Source: the human T2T-CHM13v2.0 reference genome, Homo sapiens
Strand: one strand, 5' to 3'
Assembly (NCBI RefSeq): GCF_009914755.1
Contig: NC_060941.1
DNA: 64,000 bases
Shown piece after piece: positions 17,721 to 33,900 of the stretch (position 1 is its first letter; every line of letters begins with the position of its first letter). The notes below the pieces were generated by a model. That model did not search any database. It was not told the origin of the DNA and saw nothing but the letters and a program-made list of their open reading frames with translations. The position numbers and the translations under genes are program-made.

Positions 17721-18284
17721 CTGCCCACCAGGGGTGCAGTGACAAAGGCTTCCACCTGCCTCCTCGTTTTGACAGCTCTTACTGGGATGAACGGACGAGG
17801 GCAGAGGTTATGTCCACACCAACTTTACATTCAGGGACCAGGAAATGACCACTGGATGGGTCCCTGGTGCCAGTGAACCTGCTGCGAGCCACTGGGGCAG
17901 GGTGATATTTATCACTTGGCCCTCACACTCTAACAGAAAGACCACGCTTACACTTTGAGTCCCCAAGTATCAACTCAGACATTGTGTGAATGGTCCCCTT
18001 TCTCTATGTGTGGTAACCTAAGTCAGCGGCCCAGGTCCCTGCAGAAGGATGGGGGAGTCATGACCATACACACTGTTCATGGGGTTACACATGGAACCTA
18101 GCCTCTCCTTAGCCGATGCGTTTTGGATCTGAGAATTGCCATAGGTCTGAAAACTGGGCTGGGGACCATGACTTTGATAAGCATCTGCCCTCCATCTCCT
18201 TTGTCCACGCTTGGCTCCTTGAAGCTGTATAAGTGAAGCAGCCCCCTTCCTGGCTGCCTATCACACCCCTTGGGACACTGTGTT

Positions 18285-18965
<681 letters not shown>

Positions 18966-19459
18966 GGGACATTGCGTTCTATTAACCACCCTCAGAGCTC
19001 TCTCTGGGTCAGCACCCTCACTGCACTGCCAATCTGCCCTTGTTGCTTTTTTATGGGAATTTGTAAGGTTGTCCTGGGGGTCTACCATCCCCACTGGTGT
19101 CTGGGAGCCTGTGCTGTACCAGCACCTCCTACAGGCAGTCCTGCCCACAGACGGGCTTTCCAGTGTGTCTCCCCTCCCCATGTCCCTCGTTGCTTGAGTC
19201 TCCCATGGAACACAGGTGCTGAGTGCAGTGTCCAGCCTTCACGTGGAACGCCACTCCAGCCCCGCCACGTCTCTCAGCCTTTGGTCTCTTCCTCTGCCAT
19301 CTGCCACGGTTGGTCTGGGATTTTTGCTTTGCTCAATGTAGATAACCCTTTTCTCCAAACAGGAAAAAGAGCCATTAAAGGCACTGAAATAGGAGGCCTT
19401 TCCTTTTCTTCCCTCTGCAGAGTCTCTCTCTATTTACAGTGCTTTTATTTGCTAATTTA

Positions 19460-21233
<1,774 letters not shown>

Positions 21234-22132
21234 GTTTATACACACGTACACCTATGTGTATACACACCATTGAAATGTTTTACAACTTCCTTTTTTTAAC
21301 TTAATAACATAGCTCAAAAATCATACTATGCAAGAATATGCCTTACATATTCCTTAAAAATATACTTAGTGCTTTTAAGAGAATGTATAACATTTCATTC
21401 AATGTATCAAAATTTATTTAGCCAATTTTCTTTTCATAGACTCCCTTTTCCTCAATTTTTCCCCCTTACAAAACAATACTGCTTCAAATATCTTCGTGCA
21501 CTTGAGTAAATGTTTCTGTCCCAATATTTCTATGGGTGAAGTTTCTGGAAGTGGAGTTGCTGGCTCACAGTGTATGAAGATTGTATATTATAAGAGATAA
21601 CAACACCTTACCAATTTATTTCTTCACCTGCCACAGTGCACACCTGTTTCCGCATGCCTCCTCCGACATGTGATATTATCAGAGTTTTAGATCTTTGCAT
21701 CTTGGCAAAAATGCCTCATTGCTGTTTTTATTTGTATTAAATCATCACTAAGATTGAGGATTTTATCACGTTTGTTGATTCATTTGTATTTCTTCTCTTG
21801 TAAACTATCTGTATTCTTTGAATGATGTTCCGTTGCTTTAAAAAAGAAACAGTAAACTTTTCATGTTAGAATGGTTTTCGACCTGCAGACAAGTGTTGCA
21901 GACTGTACAGAGTTCTCATTACCTGACACCATTTCCCCTCCCATTAATACCTTTCATTCATGTGGGAAATTTGTCACAATTAAAGAACCAGCATTGATGT
22001 TAAAGTCCACACTTTCTCCACATTGCCCTGGTTTTTACCTATTATCCTTTTTCTTTTCCAGGATCTCACATGACATGCAGTGTTCGGGTCTCCAGGCTCC
22101 TCTTGGCTGTGACAGTACTCGGACTTTCCTTG

Positions 22133-22447
22133 TGTTTTTTGTTTGTTTGTTTTTGAGACGGAGTTTTGCTCTGTCACCCAGGCTGGAGTACAATGGTGCA
22201 ATCTCAGCTCACAGCAACTTTCACCTCCTAAGTTCAAGCGATTCTCCTTACCTCAGCCTCCCGAGTAGCTGGGACTACAGGTGTGCATCACCATGCCCAA
22301 CATTTTTTTTTTTTTTTTGTATTTTAGTAGGGACACGGTTTCACCATATTGGCCAGGCTGGTCTCGAACTTCTGACTTCAAGTGATCCGCCCGCCTTGGC
22401 CTCCCAAAGTGCTGGGATTACAGGCGTGAGCCACTGCGCCCAGCCTG
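22133..22447 (-). mobile_element. AluS within an old L1 fragment
   Basis: Alu consensus. Confidence 0.92.
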
Positions 22448-23768
22448 GTCAGGGGTTTTACAGACCGTCCCTCTATTGGGATGTGTCTCGGTTTTTCTCC
22501 GGGGCCAGAAGCACGGAGGTGAAGTGCGCTTCTCACCCCACCACGTGAAGGGTCCGAGCTCTCACCCACCATGCGGCTGTGATGTGGGCCCGGATCACCT
22601 GGCTGAGCGGGAGGTGTCAGGTTTTTCCACGGACAGGTTATTCTTTCCCCCTTTTCATACTGCCCTGCCACATTTTCGTTTCACTCTCATTTGATTCATG
22701 TATCAGAAAATAAGCTCTTGAAACCCTAAGGCAGAGCGGCTCTCCCTGGTCTGCCCGTGGTGCTGGGCAATGGCTGAGTTCTCATCACCTCTCCCTGCAT
22801 TGCCCACTACCCAAGGCTCGGGGCGTTTGCCCGCGTGGGTGAGGGCCCTCAGTGCCCCGGCCCTGCGGCCCCTGGTTTCAACTCCAGTCTTGGTAGCAGC
22901 CTTTGGCAGGGGCTGGCTATGAGTAAGGAAGGGCTGAGAGGAAAAGAGCCGGAGCGGGTCCCGCCTTTCCCTGTCCTTCTATGCCATCACGTCAGCGTGA
23001 GTGCTTGCCTGATACAGGGAAGTGACACAAGTCAGGAAGGACTTCATGGGCTGCCTTGGCCGTTCATGTTTCTTAGAATTCCATTGCGTTATTATTTCTG
23101 TGATGGCAGTTCCCAGGCCTGTCCTGAAATCCAGGTGTCCCGCTGGAACTTCAGTCTCTACGTGGCCAAAATGAATGTTTTTCTCCTGCAGTCTTGACTC
23201 CTCCAAGATCTGTTGATTGTCCCCAAACATTCCCAGAGTCTGCTCCGTCCTTTGCCAGCCTCTGTCTCTCTACCTGATGTACCGTAAAGGCCTCCAGACC
23301 AGCCAGGCTGACCCACCGAGCTGGCTTGGCTGGGACTGAGGGTCCTTCGGGGAGTGGCTGTCCAGTGCTAACACAGACGGTTAGACACCCTCCAACGTGT
23401 GGCCCTCATCCTCCCAGCTTTCCTCCCACAAACACTCGGCCACGGTTGCAAGAGAATTCTTTCTATAACTCAAATTCCTTCTCTTTTCTCTCCTGCCTGA
23501 GACTCCAAAGCACTTTCAGGATAAAATCCACCCCAGAGGGTTTAGGGGACTGTAAAAACAAAAACACATGAATTAATGAAAAAACCCAGCCATGTCATGG
23601 CACAGAGGCCTTTCACCCTCCGCCTCGGGCCTCCGCCCTGCCCCGCCCCATCCTGGTGCTTCAGAGACAGTTCCGCACCAAATGCTATGTCTTGGGGAAA
23701 AGGTGGCAAACAGGCTTGTGCAGGACAGACTACATCTTTATGTCTTTAGATGATTTTGCCTCTGAAAT

Positions 23769-24205
23769 TGCATTAGTTTCCTGCGGTTGCCCTAACAAAC
23801 TACCACAAATGAGGCAGCCTCAGCAATGGAAATCTACTGTCTCGCAGCTCTGGGGGCAGGAGCCCCAGGTCCAGGGCCCAGCAGGGCAGGCTCCTGCGGC
23901 TCGGAGGGAGAGTCTGTTCTGGGCCTCTCTCCTGTCTTCTCCGGGCTGCAGGCAACCCTTGGTATGCCTCGACTTGTAGGTGCATGACTCCAGTCTCTGC
24001 CTCTCTCCTCTCCCTGTGTGTGGCAGTCTCTGTGTCCTCCCCTCCTCTTACAAGGTCACCACTGATGAGGTTTAGGGTCCACCTGAAATCCAGGATGGCC
24101 ATGTCTCAAGATCCTTAACTAATTACCTCTGCAAAGACCTTATTAACTCCTTTCCTGAGGTTCTGGGTGGACAGGAATTTGTCGGGACCACCAGGCAACC
24201 CAGTA
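23769..24205 (-). mobile_element. MLT1-like MaLR LTR
   Basis: tgcattagtttcctgcggttgccctaacaaactaccacaaa...atccttaactaattacctctgcaaagacctta. Confidence 0.8.
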
Positions 24206-24306
24206 CAGACATCCTGGAGGCTGAATATGCTGTTGGGGAAACTGAGGCAGGTGTCTGGATCTGTTCTCAGGATTGAGGGTGAGTGGGGTGGACCTTTGTG
24301 AAGTCC

Positions 24307-24690
24307 TGTCGTTTGCTTGCAGGGTTGGGGGTGCCCTGGGCAGCAGACTCACAGGGAGACTCCTGGTTGGGGGGGTAATCAGTTCTGGATTCCTGTGCGG
24401 AGAACAGCATCAGGAGGCAGGACCCAGCAGAGGGCAGAGGCAGCGGCCACGCAGTCAGTCCTGAGGAACTGCATCCATCTTGCAGGAGCTCTGTAGACAG
24501 GAGGCCCCCAGCACTACCCCGAGTTGGGGAAAGAGGGCTGGGCCTTCATATTAGCCTCAGTGGTCCTTGGAAGCCCCTGCCCTCAGAGGGGTGTGCCCTT
24601 AGCTGGGCCCATGGCCGAGGGCCACTTGATTTCTGATAATCAGCCCTTTATTCTGGAAGCGGGATCTGGTGTCCACCACCACGGGCCCTT
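24307..24690 (-). mobile_element. LTR16-like LTR (solo, or possibly the 5' LTR of the provirus)
   Basis: Same motifs and orientation as 12437-13134 (ctgggcagcagactc; cagagggcaga; ggagctctg). Confidence 0.45.
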
Positions 24691-25870
24691 AGGTGGATCT
24701 TTCTGTTTCTGAAACTCCCTGGTTCTTGCAGGCCTTGGTTTGTCCAAGCAAGTCAGTGTGCTGACCCCCTGACCAGACAGGACACCCATCCTTGACCTGT
24801 GGCCACGCCCACCCTGCCCCTTGGCCATGCTCATGCCACCCCATAACCACGCCCACCCTGGCTCACAGCCTCACTCACCCTAACCCCGGCCAGGCCTCCT
24901 GTGTGGAACCTGACTGGGGACCCAACGAGGAGGCCAGTGTTCATGGAGAGGCTGCAGATTCTTCATCAGATTTGCCAAAGGATGTGTGGCAGGAGGGACG
25001 GGAGCCACATCCATGTTTGAGTTTTTGCCACGTATCTCTCAGGGTGCAAGAGGAGGTCAGGACAGACCTCCTGGCTCCTGACTCCCTGTGGGGCCAGGGC
25101 TCAGGGTGGCCACCCTTATGCTGGGTGGCCCCTTCGCCTTGTGTTGGAAAAAGCCCTGAAGGTGGGGGAGTTTGTGGAGAACCAGCCCCTACGGGGCTTC
25201 CCTGTGCCCCCCAGGACCCAGCAGGGGCCGCAGGTGTTGTCAGTGTGCCCCCCAAGATCAGAGTGCAGGCTGCTGGGCAGGCTCTGCCGGTGGCCCTGGG
25301 ACACACTCCCTCATCGCTCTCACTAGGCCAGCGTTGTCATCCCATTTTGCAGGAGGGGAAGCCGAGGTCTGGGGAAACTGGAGTACCAGCCTGTTCCTTG
25401 GCTCGGAGGCTGCTCGGCTCAGGCTGGCCTATCTGATGCTGGAGACTGGGGATCTTTCTGCAGGGACCAAGGGCCTGAGGGAGCTGACTGGGAAGCCCAC
25501 CCTGGGGACTGAGAGCATCCTCCATCCTCCGGGGGCTGTCCAAGCAGGGGGAGGGGGCAGTTGTGGCTGCAGAGCAAGTGGATACGTTTGGGAAGGAGGC
25601 AGGGAGGGGGCTGGGAGCTTTTGCAAAGTGGACAAAGGTTTGGGGGCAAAATCCTTCAGCTCCATGAGAAGGAGCTTAACATATCCTGGGTCATCAGGGA
25701 TGCGTGTATAGACTCGGCGAGGAGGCTCAGCAACCGAGGGGTGGGCCCTGGGGACCGATCCCGTGTTGCGGTTGGAGATACTACAATGGGTGGTAAGAAT
25801 GATGATGGTTTTGACAAGAGTAAGGAGCAGAAGCACAGCCGCAGCGGTCACATATTCAGCACAGACTCTG

Positions 25871-25966
25871 CCCCTGCTATCCCCTGCCACCCCCTGCCAA
25901 TGCCTGCCACCCCTGCCACCCTCTGCCATCCCCTGCCACCCCCTGCCATCCCCTGCCACCCCCTGC
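25871..25966. repeat. 10-bp tandem repeat (CCCTGCCAYC)n, about 9 copies
   Basis: Visible tandem copies. Confidence 0.9.
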
Positions 25967-26910
25967 ATTTTGCATCTGTTCTTTGTTTGGCTGTGCCTTG
26001 CCCTGACCCTGAGAGATCAGTATTTTTCACCCTCTCTGGCAGTGGAGGTGACCAAGGCCCAGAGAGGTGTGGCAACTTGCCTGAGGTCACACAGCTGGAA
26101 AGGGGCAGAGCTGGGATTTAGACCCTGGTCTCTGGTGTCTGTCACTACCTCCAGTGACTTCTCTATGTTGAGGTGAGCCCATAGCCGGTCCATACTGTGA
26201 GCCTACCATCGACCTGGCCCTCCCCGGCCAGTGCCCGCTGCTGGCTGCACCTGTGATCCCCAGGGCTCCCCTGGGTTCTGGAGGCAGCAGGGGCTGCCAG
26301 GCTGCCCTTCCTCCCTTCCACCAGCCTGCAGCAGGGTAACGGAAGGGGAGGAATAATTGTGGCTATTTATTCATGGTCACATACCTGTCGCCTGCGCAGT
26401 TGGGGCCTAAGGAAGGGCTCCCCGGCCAGCTGCATGGGGGCTGAGCAGACAGAGACATCCGCCTTTGCATCCCCATCAGCAGGACTCAGCTCCCAATTTA
26501 GAGACTGACTCCCTTGATTGAGGGCCAGGGAGCTCCCAGAGCAGCCAGGCTGACCTCGGCCTCCTGTCCCCAAGCGCTGTGTCCAGGAGGCCTGACCCCA
26601 GACCCCTGGCCCACCCCACCTGCCTTCTGAAAACCTGCCACCTGGGGCCTGGACACCCCTTCTTTGCTCCCACCAGGGCTGAACTCACCCACAATGGCCT
26701 CCCCAAGCCCCCCAACCCGCTGTGTGGTCAGGTGGCCGCCCCAGTCTCAGGCCCCCCTAGCTCAGCCCCACTCCAGCCTCGGATGTCCTCTGTGGCCAGG
26801 AATAACCAAGTGACTCAGGCAGTGCCTGCAGCAATGACCCCACTCCCCAGGAACTTTCCTTTACAAGGCTGTGTGCAGTCCGGAGTAATAGGCAGGACCA
26901 CTGCCCCACT

Positions 26911-26978
26911 CCATTCATTCATTCACTCATTCATTCATCCATTCACTAATTCATTCATTCATTCACTCATTCATTCAC
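26911..26978. repeat. (TTCA)n microsatellite, probably an L2 tail
   Basis: cattcattcattcactcattc followed by tttattgagc. Confidence 0.85.
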
Positions 26979-29472
26979 CCACCATACGTTTATTGAGCCA
27001 GCTCCTTTGCAAAGCTCCGGGTCACAACTGGGAACAGGTAGGTAGGACTCCCTGTCTCGTGCTGCTTCTGTCCTAACAGCAGAGCTGGGCAGCCAGCAAA
27101 ACGACCAGGTGGCAAAACACAGTGGACAGAGCAGAGCTGGGGAGAGGCAGCACAGGGAGGGGCTGGGAGAGCAGGACTGCAGGTGCGTGTGCATGTGTGT
27201 GAGCACATGTGTGTGCACCTGCTTGGGTGGGTGGTCAGAGGAGGCTGCCATGCAAATGACCTTGGGGAAAAGCTGGGTGGGGCGGCAGGGCCAGGCATGA
27301 GCATGTCTGGAGGAACCGAGTGTCAGGGAGAGGGTGGCAGCATGAAGCCACAGGTGGAAGGTGGGTCCGGGGGCTTGCAAAGCAGCAGGAAGCTAGTGAG
27401 GGAGCAGAGGGACGCAGGAGGAGGAGGTGGGGCCAGGGGCTGGAGGGCTGAGGGGCAGGTGGAGGAGGGCCTCAAAGCCATTTGGAAGGCTCTGGGTATA
27501 GCTGGGGGTGGAGGTGGAAAGCCAGGTGAGGACAGATGAGAAGGCGCAAGACGGGCAACATCATGGCTCAGGGGCTGTGGTTTTGTAGGGGGCTCAGAGC
27601 GAGAGTCAGGCCAGGCCCCAGCCTCAGTCCCCTGACCGCCTCCCTCTTGGGCCAGCTCCACTTCCTGGCCCCTCCTGGAGGGTCAAGCGCAGCCTGGCGA
27701 CTGTGCTGCTGGACGATGCCACTGGGACAGGCCAGGGCACTGGGGTGACCTCTCCTTGGGAATGAGGGAGGGGTGCTGCCCGCCCGCCCGCCTGCCTGTG
27801 CGGTAATTACAGCGGTTCCTGCCTGCTTGCTTTGAGGGGAGCCGGCTGGAGCTCACAGCCAGAGGGGCCCGCAGGTCTCACCTGCCAGCCACGCCCGCTG
27901 TGGCCTCACCTGCCCGCCCTGCAGGCCCACAGCATTCCCTTCCCAGGGAGGGGCTGACCCCTGGCCGCTGGATGCCGCTGCAGCTGAGTCACAGGTCACC
28001 TTGGGCAGGGAGGGGCTGGTCCAGAGGCTGGGCTGTAGGATGGCAGCATCACCCCAACTTTAGACGGATCCTGCCCCCTGGCTGTTTGCACGTGCAGAAT
28101 AAAACATTCTCTTGTTCCTTTACTCAGACAAAGCCACCGTTAACGTTCGATGTGTTTCCTTCTAGTCTTTCTACTATATATGAGCACATATTTTTTTAAA
28201 CAATGAAATCAGAAAGTACATACCGATGAATACCTTCAGCGCCATTTCCCCATGATACTTCAAATATTTAACAGCTCTATTGACATATAATTAACATACC
28301 ATAAATTCTCCCATTGAAAGTATACAGTTAAATAGTTTTTAGTAAATTTCTAGTTGTGCAAGCATCACTATAATCTAATTCTGGAGCACTTTCATCTACC
28401 CTCAAAGAAAGCCTGCACCCATGAGACATTGCCTCCCATTCCCCTCCTGCCGCCGCCCCTGGGCAAACCACAAATCGGCTTCCTATCTCTATGGATTGGC
28501 CCATTCTGGACACCTCAAGTCAATGGAGTCACACAAAGCTCTCTTGGGTGTTCTGAAGCCCCATATGAAACGGCTGTCGGTGAGCTGTGCTTACACCATG
28601 CTTCCTTGTTGGTATCTTGTTTTGGGCATGGTTCTGCTTTGGATGGGTCCTCACCGTAAGGCCTGAAGGAGGGGTTATAAAAGGTGAGACAGAATTTGTA
28701 TTCCTCTCCCCGGCCACGGTGCTCCCCAAGAAGAACACAGCCATGAGCTCTTCCCCAAGGACAGGAACTCATCTCCTTTTTCCACATGGGCGTTCCCAGC
28801 ACTGCCAGCATTGGCTGTAAGGGGCTCCACAAACATCGGGGTGACACACACCTCAGGACTGTGGCCTCTCCAGCTGGCTTGGCCTTCCTGTGTGGTGCCG
28901 TGGCCCCGCCGACACCAGGGTTGCATCAGGAACTCCTCTCCCAGATCCCAGCACATGTGACCAGGGTGGCCTTTCTGGTGGGAAACCATGATTCTCCCAT
29001 GATGGAGAGGATGGTCGGAAAGAGCCACCCGGGTGGGGTCACAAAGATGACCATCCCCTGGGAAGGAGGAGTTACTGCCCAATCCAGAGAAAACCAACGT
29101 GAACCTGGATAAGGCTGCAAAGTACCGGGACAGCAGCGTCTGTGTGTCTTGTCAACGGATTCTAAAAGGCAGTTCCCAAAATATTCTCAGCCATGGTCAA
29201 CCACTAAAGCCACTGTGGATTGGCCCAAAATGCCAGCTACCCAGGACTGTGAGGGAAGGGGGGTGTCTGTGGGAAGTGTGGGGCCTCAGGGAGCCTGTGT
29301 CCATTTGCCTCTTGTGCACAAGGGTGGGGAGGTGCCACTTCCGGCTGTGGGGCAGAGATGACAGCCTCTCCACTGGACACTGCTCAGGGTCCCTGGAAAG
29401 TTCCTTCCCTTGCAAAGTGCTTAGTGTGTTACCAATAGACCCCAGCAAGACATTGACCCAAATGTTGTCCTC

Positions 29473-29585
29473 TGTGTGTGTACGTGTGTGTGTGCGCATA
29501 TGTGTGTGCATGTGTGTGTACATGTCTGTGTGTGCGTGTGTGTGCATGTGTGTGCGTGTGTGCATGTGTGTGTGTGTGCATGTAC
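29473..29585. repeat. Alternating purine-pyrimidine (TG/CG/CA)n microsatellite
   Basis: tgtgtgtgtacgtgtgtgtgtgcgcatatgtg... Confidence 0.92.
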
Positions 29586-30999
29586 TGCACACCGAGCACC
29601 TGCCTGTGGATGGTGTACACACAAACACACCCACCCTGCACAGACACAGAGGCAAGCCGCCATCCACACATCGCGTCACCTCCTCGGTGGAAGGCACAGT
29701 AGTGACCCTGGCATTTCGTTTTTCTAGTTTGGTTTTGTCCAAGCTGGCTTGTGAGGTGCAGGTGTCCTCCTGCATCCAGGGCAGGGCAATGTGGTCTGTG
29801 GCTGTGGTGGTGTGTGGGGGACAGATGAAGGTGGAAGCTCGCACTGCACCCCACCACTGAGCACCGGATGAGGGCGAAGGGCTGTCCGCCTCACTGGACT
29901 CCCCGTGACTGCATCTACCTGCTTGCTCTGGCCAGACCTCCCCACTAGAGCATGGTCCACCCCAATGCCCGCCTCCACCCCTCTCCTTCAGCACAGGCCA
30001 AGCCTCCATTCCCCCTCCCAACGTCCACCCTCCCTGGCCTGTGCCACTGCATGGACTCCTGACTTCCTTCCCATCCTTACGGGGTGGTCGGCCTGTGCTG
30101 TCTCAGGTCCTGAGCTGCCCCTCCCTTCCCAAGCCATGCACCAGGGTCCAGCCCAGTGAGGCCATGTGGTGAGGGGATGAGCCATGGCCTCCATCAGGAC
30201 AAGTGGGGCTGTCTCTACAAGAGGGCTTTCCTCTTCCACCAGTCTTGGGTGCCAGGGAGAGAGGCAAATATGGGTAGTGGTGGGTACATTGGCTAGATCA
30301 GAGGGGGCTGGCTTCCCAGAAGTTGGGAGGGTCCCTTTTAAAGTCATAGAAAGTCACACACCTGCTTGAGATAACAGTAGCACTTTTGGTACCTGCTAAA
30401 GGCAACACTTACTCCCAATCCCACAACGCTGTCAGAGGACTTTGCATTTCATCGCAACAGGATTGAGATGACTGAAAGTTGCTGAGCAAACCTCAGATGA
30501 ATGAATAATCACAGAAGGGTTACTTGGTGACTTTCACGCAGTGTTTGTGGGCACAGGGTTCCTGAGGTTTTGCAGAACACCCCAGCAAGGATCTTGTTGT
30601 GGTGTCGATGGCTGCAGGCCACAGGCTGGGACCCCCTGTCACACAGGGCAAGAGACCTCCCCTGGCAGCCTGTGCTAGCCCCCCAGGCCAGGCCTGCAGG
30701 GAAAGGGGGCTAGGGGCTGGAACTGATCTCACGACAGCCTGTCCTCGGCTCCAGCATGTGGCTCCCTGGCTTCTGGCCACGGCTGGCTGGGTCCCCTGTG
30801 GCAGGAGCTGGCCATCCTGGAGTTCAAGGGCCCCTGAAGCACTGCCCACGCCTGATCTTCCTCCCCAGTGTTCTCTCCGCTCCAGGGGAAGTGAGACAGC
30901 CCAGCCCAGGCAAACAGGTCCAGCTGCAGCTGGCAGCCAGTCCCAAGAACGCTGCCACTCGGCCCTCCCCGCTGACCTCTGCACACCCTCGCCCGGCGC

Positions 31000-33900
31000 C
31001 CTGCCAGGCCTTATTCATGGGCTGGCAGTGCCAGGACCTCTCCCGGAGGCGGGGCAGAGCAGCAGCTTCTCGGCCCTGTGCCGAGCCCAGGCCTGCACCC
31101 TAGGCAGGCACTGCTCCGTGATCCAGGAACCACCTCTCTCTACAGCTGGGAGTGAGCAGTCAGAGAGGGAGACAGCCTTGCCCGGTGCTACCCAGCAAGC
31201 TAGTCACCGAGTGGGCAGAGGGAGGAGCGGCCCTCACCGGATGTCAAGCAGCCTGGGTCCCCAGTCCAGCTCTGCCTGTCCCTCGCAATAACGCCTCAGG
31301 TATGTTACGGACCACTCAGCTTGTTTCCCTGTAAGGAAACGTCCCTTCTCCCTTGAAATATGTCCCTTTCTATCCTCCCGGGGCCCTCGCAGGCCAACAG
31401 CCAGGAAGGTTGGAGCTGAGCTGGGCTGGCGGTAGCAACAGCAGCTTTCTCTCCTGCATTGGCTCCAGCAAGTCTTGCTCAGACGTTGGTGGGGTGGGGT
31501 GGGGAGGGTCACCGAGGCAGGGAGGAGCCTGGGGGTTGTCCTGTCGTCCTCCTGGGCCCCTAGAGTAGAAAGGGCACGTGAGGACCATCGAGGGTCCGAG
31601 GGGCATGGACAGGTGTGAGGGGACTCACGGGGGTGGGTGAGGTGGGGGAAGGAGCTTCCCAGAGCAGCACGGGGGCCCAAGCCCACCCTCCTCGCCACCC
31701 CTGCCCCACGAGGCCGTCTGGGTTGGGGATGCCCCAGGGGGGCCTTTGCGCAAACGTCTCCACTGGCAACAGCCGGTCGCTTGGCAACCCGCACGCCCCA
31801 GGCCCCTGCGCCCCGGGGAGCCCCGAGTGGGGCGGGGGTGCCCCGCGGCTCAGCGAAGCCCCTCCTGCAGCGGGCAGGGGAGGGGTGCAGGCAGCAAATG
31901 GAAAGCGCTCACCCACCCCAGAGCCAGCCGGGAAGTCCTTGCTGGAGCTGCTCTCCGGCACTGGGGCACCTGGGCAGCCATGTGCTGCCACCCAGGAAGG
32001 CAGGAGACCCAGGCTGCTCCCCAGGATCCTGGCAAGCCCCTTCCCTTCTGGGACAATAGAGGCAGCAAGGCCTTCTCCGGGGGCTGGGTGAGGAGAGAGG
32101 GCCTGCAGGTGTGAGGCATCTGTTGAGGCACAAACCAGAGGCTGGGCTCAGCTCAGCAAAACACAGTGCCTGTGGGTGGTGGGTGGCAGGGTCATTTCAG
32201 GTGGGATCCAGGATGTTCAAAGTGACATCCAACTCTGGGCTGGTCCCTCTGGGGTCGGCTGGGGGCTGAGGGCAGCAGCTGGACATGCCTCTTCCTGGAC
32301 CCTGGGAGCTGGTCGCCTACAGAGCCCAAGCTAGGAGCTGCTGGCAGTCATTGTGACTAGGGGTCCCCCCATGCAGTGCCTGCATTTTAGGGAGACATTA
32401 GCCACCCTTGACGCCAGCCTGATTTGGGGTTTAGTCACCACTCAGGGCCATGCATTCCAACCAAAAAGTTACAGGCGTCCCCATCTTAACTAGCACCAAA
32501 CCCAGCAGTGGGGCCGATGAACTTGGCCAAGCAGCCTGTGCCAGGATCCTGGTAGAAAGTGGGTTTGGGCAGCTGCAGGTGTGAAACATGGCTTAGCTTC
32601 TCTCCTGGGACTGGGGCAGGCTCCAGTTCAGCAGCCCACCTGAGGCACCTGCAAACACAGGTGAGCTTTTACACACGCCCAGCCCCCAGAGAAGGCCGGG
32701 GAGGCCTTGCCACCTCTGTTTTCTCAGAAGGGAAGGGGCTTGCCAGCATCCTGGGGAGGCGTCTGGGTCTCCTGCCTTCCTGGGTGGCAGCATGTGGCCG
32801 CCCAGGTACCCCAGCGCCGGAGAGCAGCTCCAGCAAGGACTTCCCGGCTGGCTCTGGGGCAGGCGAGCATTTCCCCTTTGCCTTTACACACCTGGGCTTC
32901 TGCGGTTTCCCAAGGGCTCTGGTGAGGAAACGGGCTTAGGTGCTGAGAGGGGGGCGCATAGGAGTGGGGGCATTTGGCCAGGGTGGCTGAGTCCCAGCGC
33001 CACCGTTCCGCACCCGGAAACCTTGGCTGTGATGCTTCTCTGTGGCTTCTAACCTGGAACCCGGGGGACATCCCCTTGCCCCAGTGCCTTCTCAATGCCA
33101 ACGGTGACCCAGCCTGAGCTCCCCACCTGCCAAGGTCCGAGTTGAGCTCTCAGAACCCTTGGCCTTTCCGCAGGGCCTCCGAGGGCGTCTGGTGGATCCT
33201 GTGCGTGCTCTGCGGCACCCCCTCTAGGCTTTCCTCACTCACTGGAGGCCCCAGCCTGGCTTCAGAGGGACTCAGTGGGGCTTGACCACGTCCCAGCTGC
33301 GTGACCTTGAGCAGGTTCCTTGACCTCTCTGGGCCTCGGCTTTCTCACTCTGTAAAATGGGCACAAACAAGGCTTTGTGAGGATGAGTGTGGCTGTCGTG
33401 CCTGTGAGTGCTTATGTGATTCTCACTCCTGCCCCAGGTCCCCTCCAGCTCCTCCCTTTTGCGGTCCCGAGGTCTAGCCTAAGTCCCCCTTGCTTCTCTT
33501 GCAGGGTGTTTATTTCTCTCGGCTTCTTCCTCTCCCTACGCTCTCACTTTGTTTTATTTCATCTCCGTCCCTCTGCCCTCCCCTTTTCGCTATCGGTTTC
33601 AATTCTCCGCTGAAACCTCTGAGGAGGCCCTGCCCGCCCCACTGTCCCGCCGGCCCTCCCCGCAGCACCCACCCTGCCCGGCTTCTCCGGGGCTTGCCCT
33701 CCTGTAGCCCAGGAGTTGGGGCTGGGGGCGGCTGTGCTGACATCACTGGCGTTTATGCACTGCTCCTTGCCCAACGCAAATCTCATCCTCGTTCTCTCTG
33801 AATCAATTCACTTTTATTGCCTCAGCTGCTCAAAAGCAGTTTTTCAAGAACAAAAAGGTCAGCACGTCCAAGACTAATCAATTCTCGGAGAGCTCCTGCC

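Noticed and set aside
24307-24690. Firm assignment as the 5' LTR of the ERV-L provirus
   Set aside because: About 5 kb of unrelated sequence, including a MIR-like piece, separates it from gag and I could not identify a primer-binding site; left unresolved.
29099-31291. Several 230-274-aa ORFs
   Set aside because: They overlap on both strands, run through (TG)n or GC-rich sequence and show no protein-family motifs.
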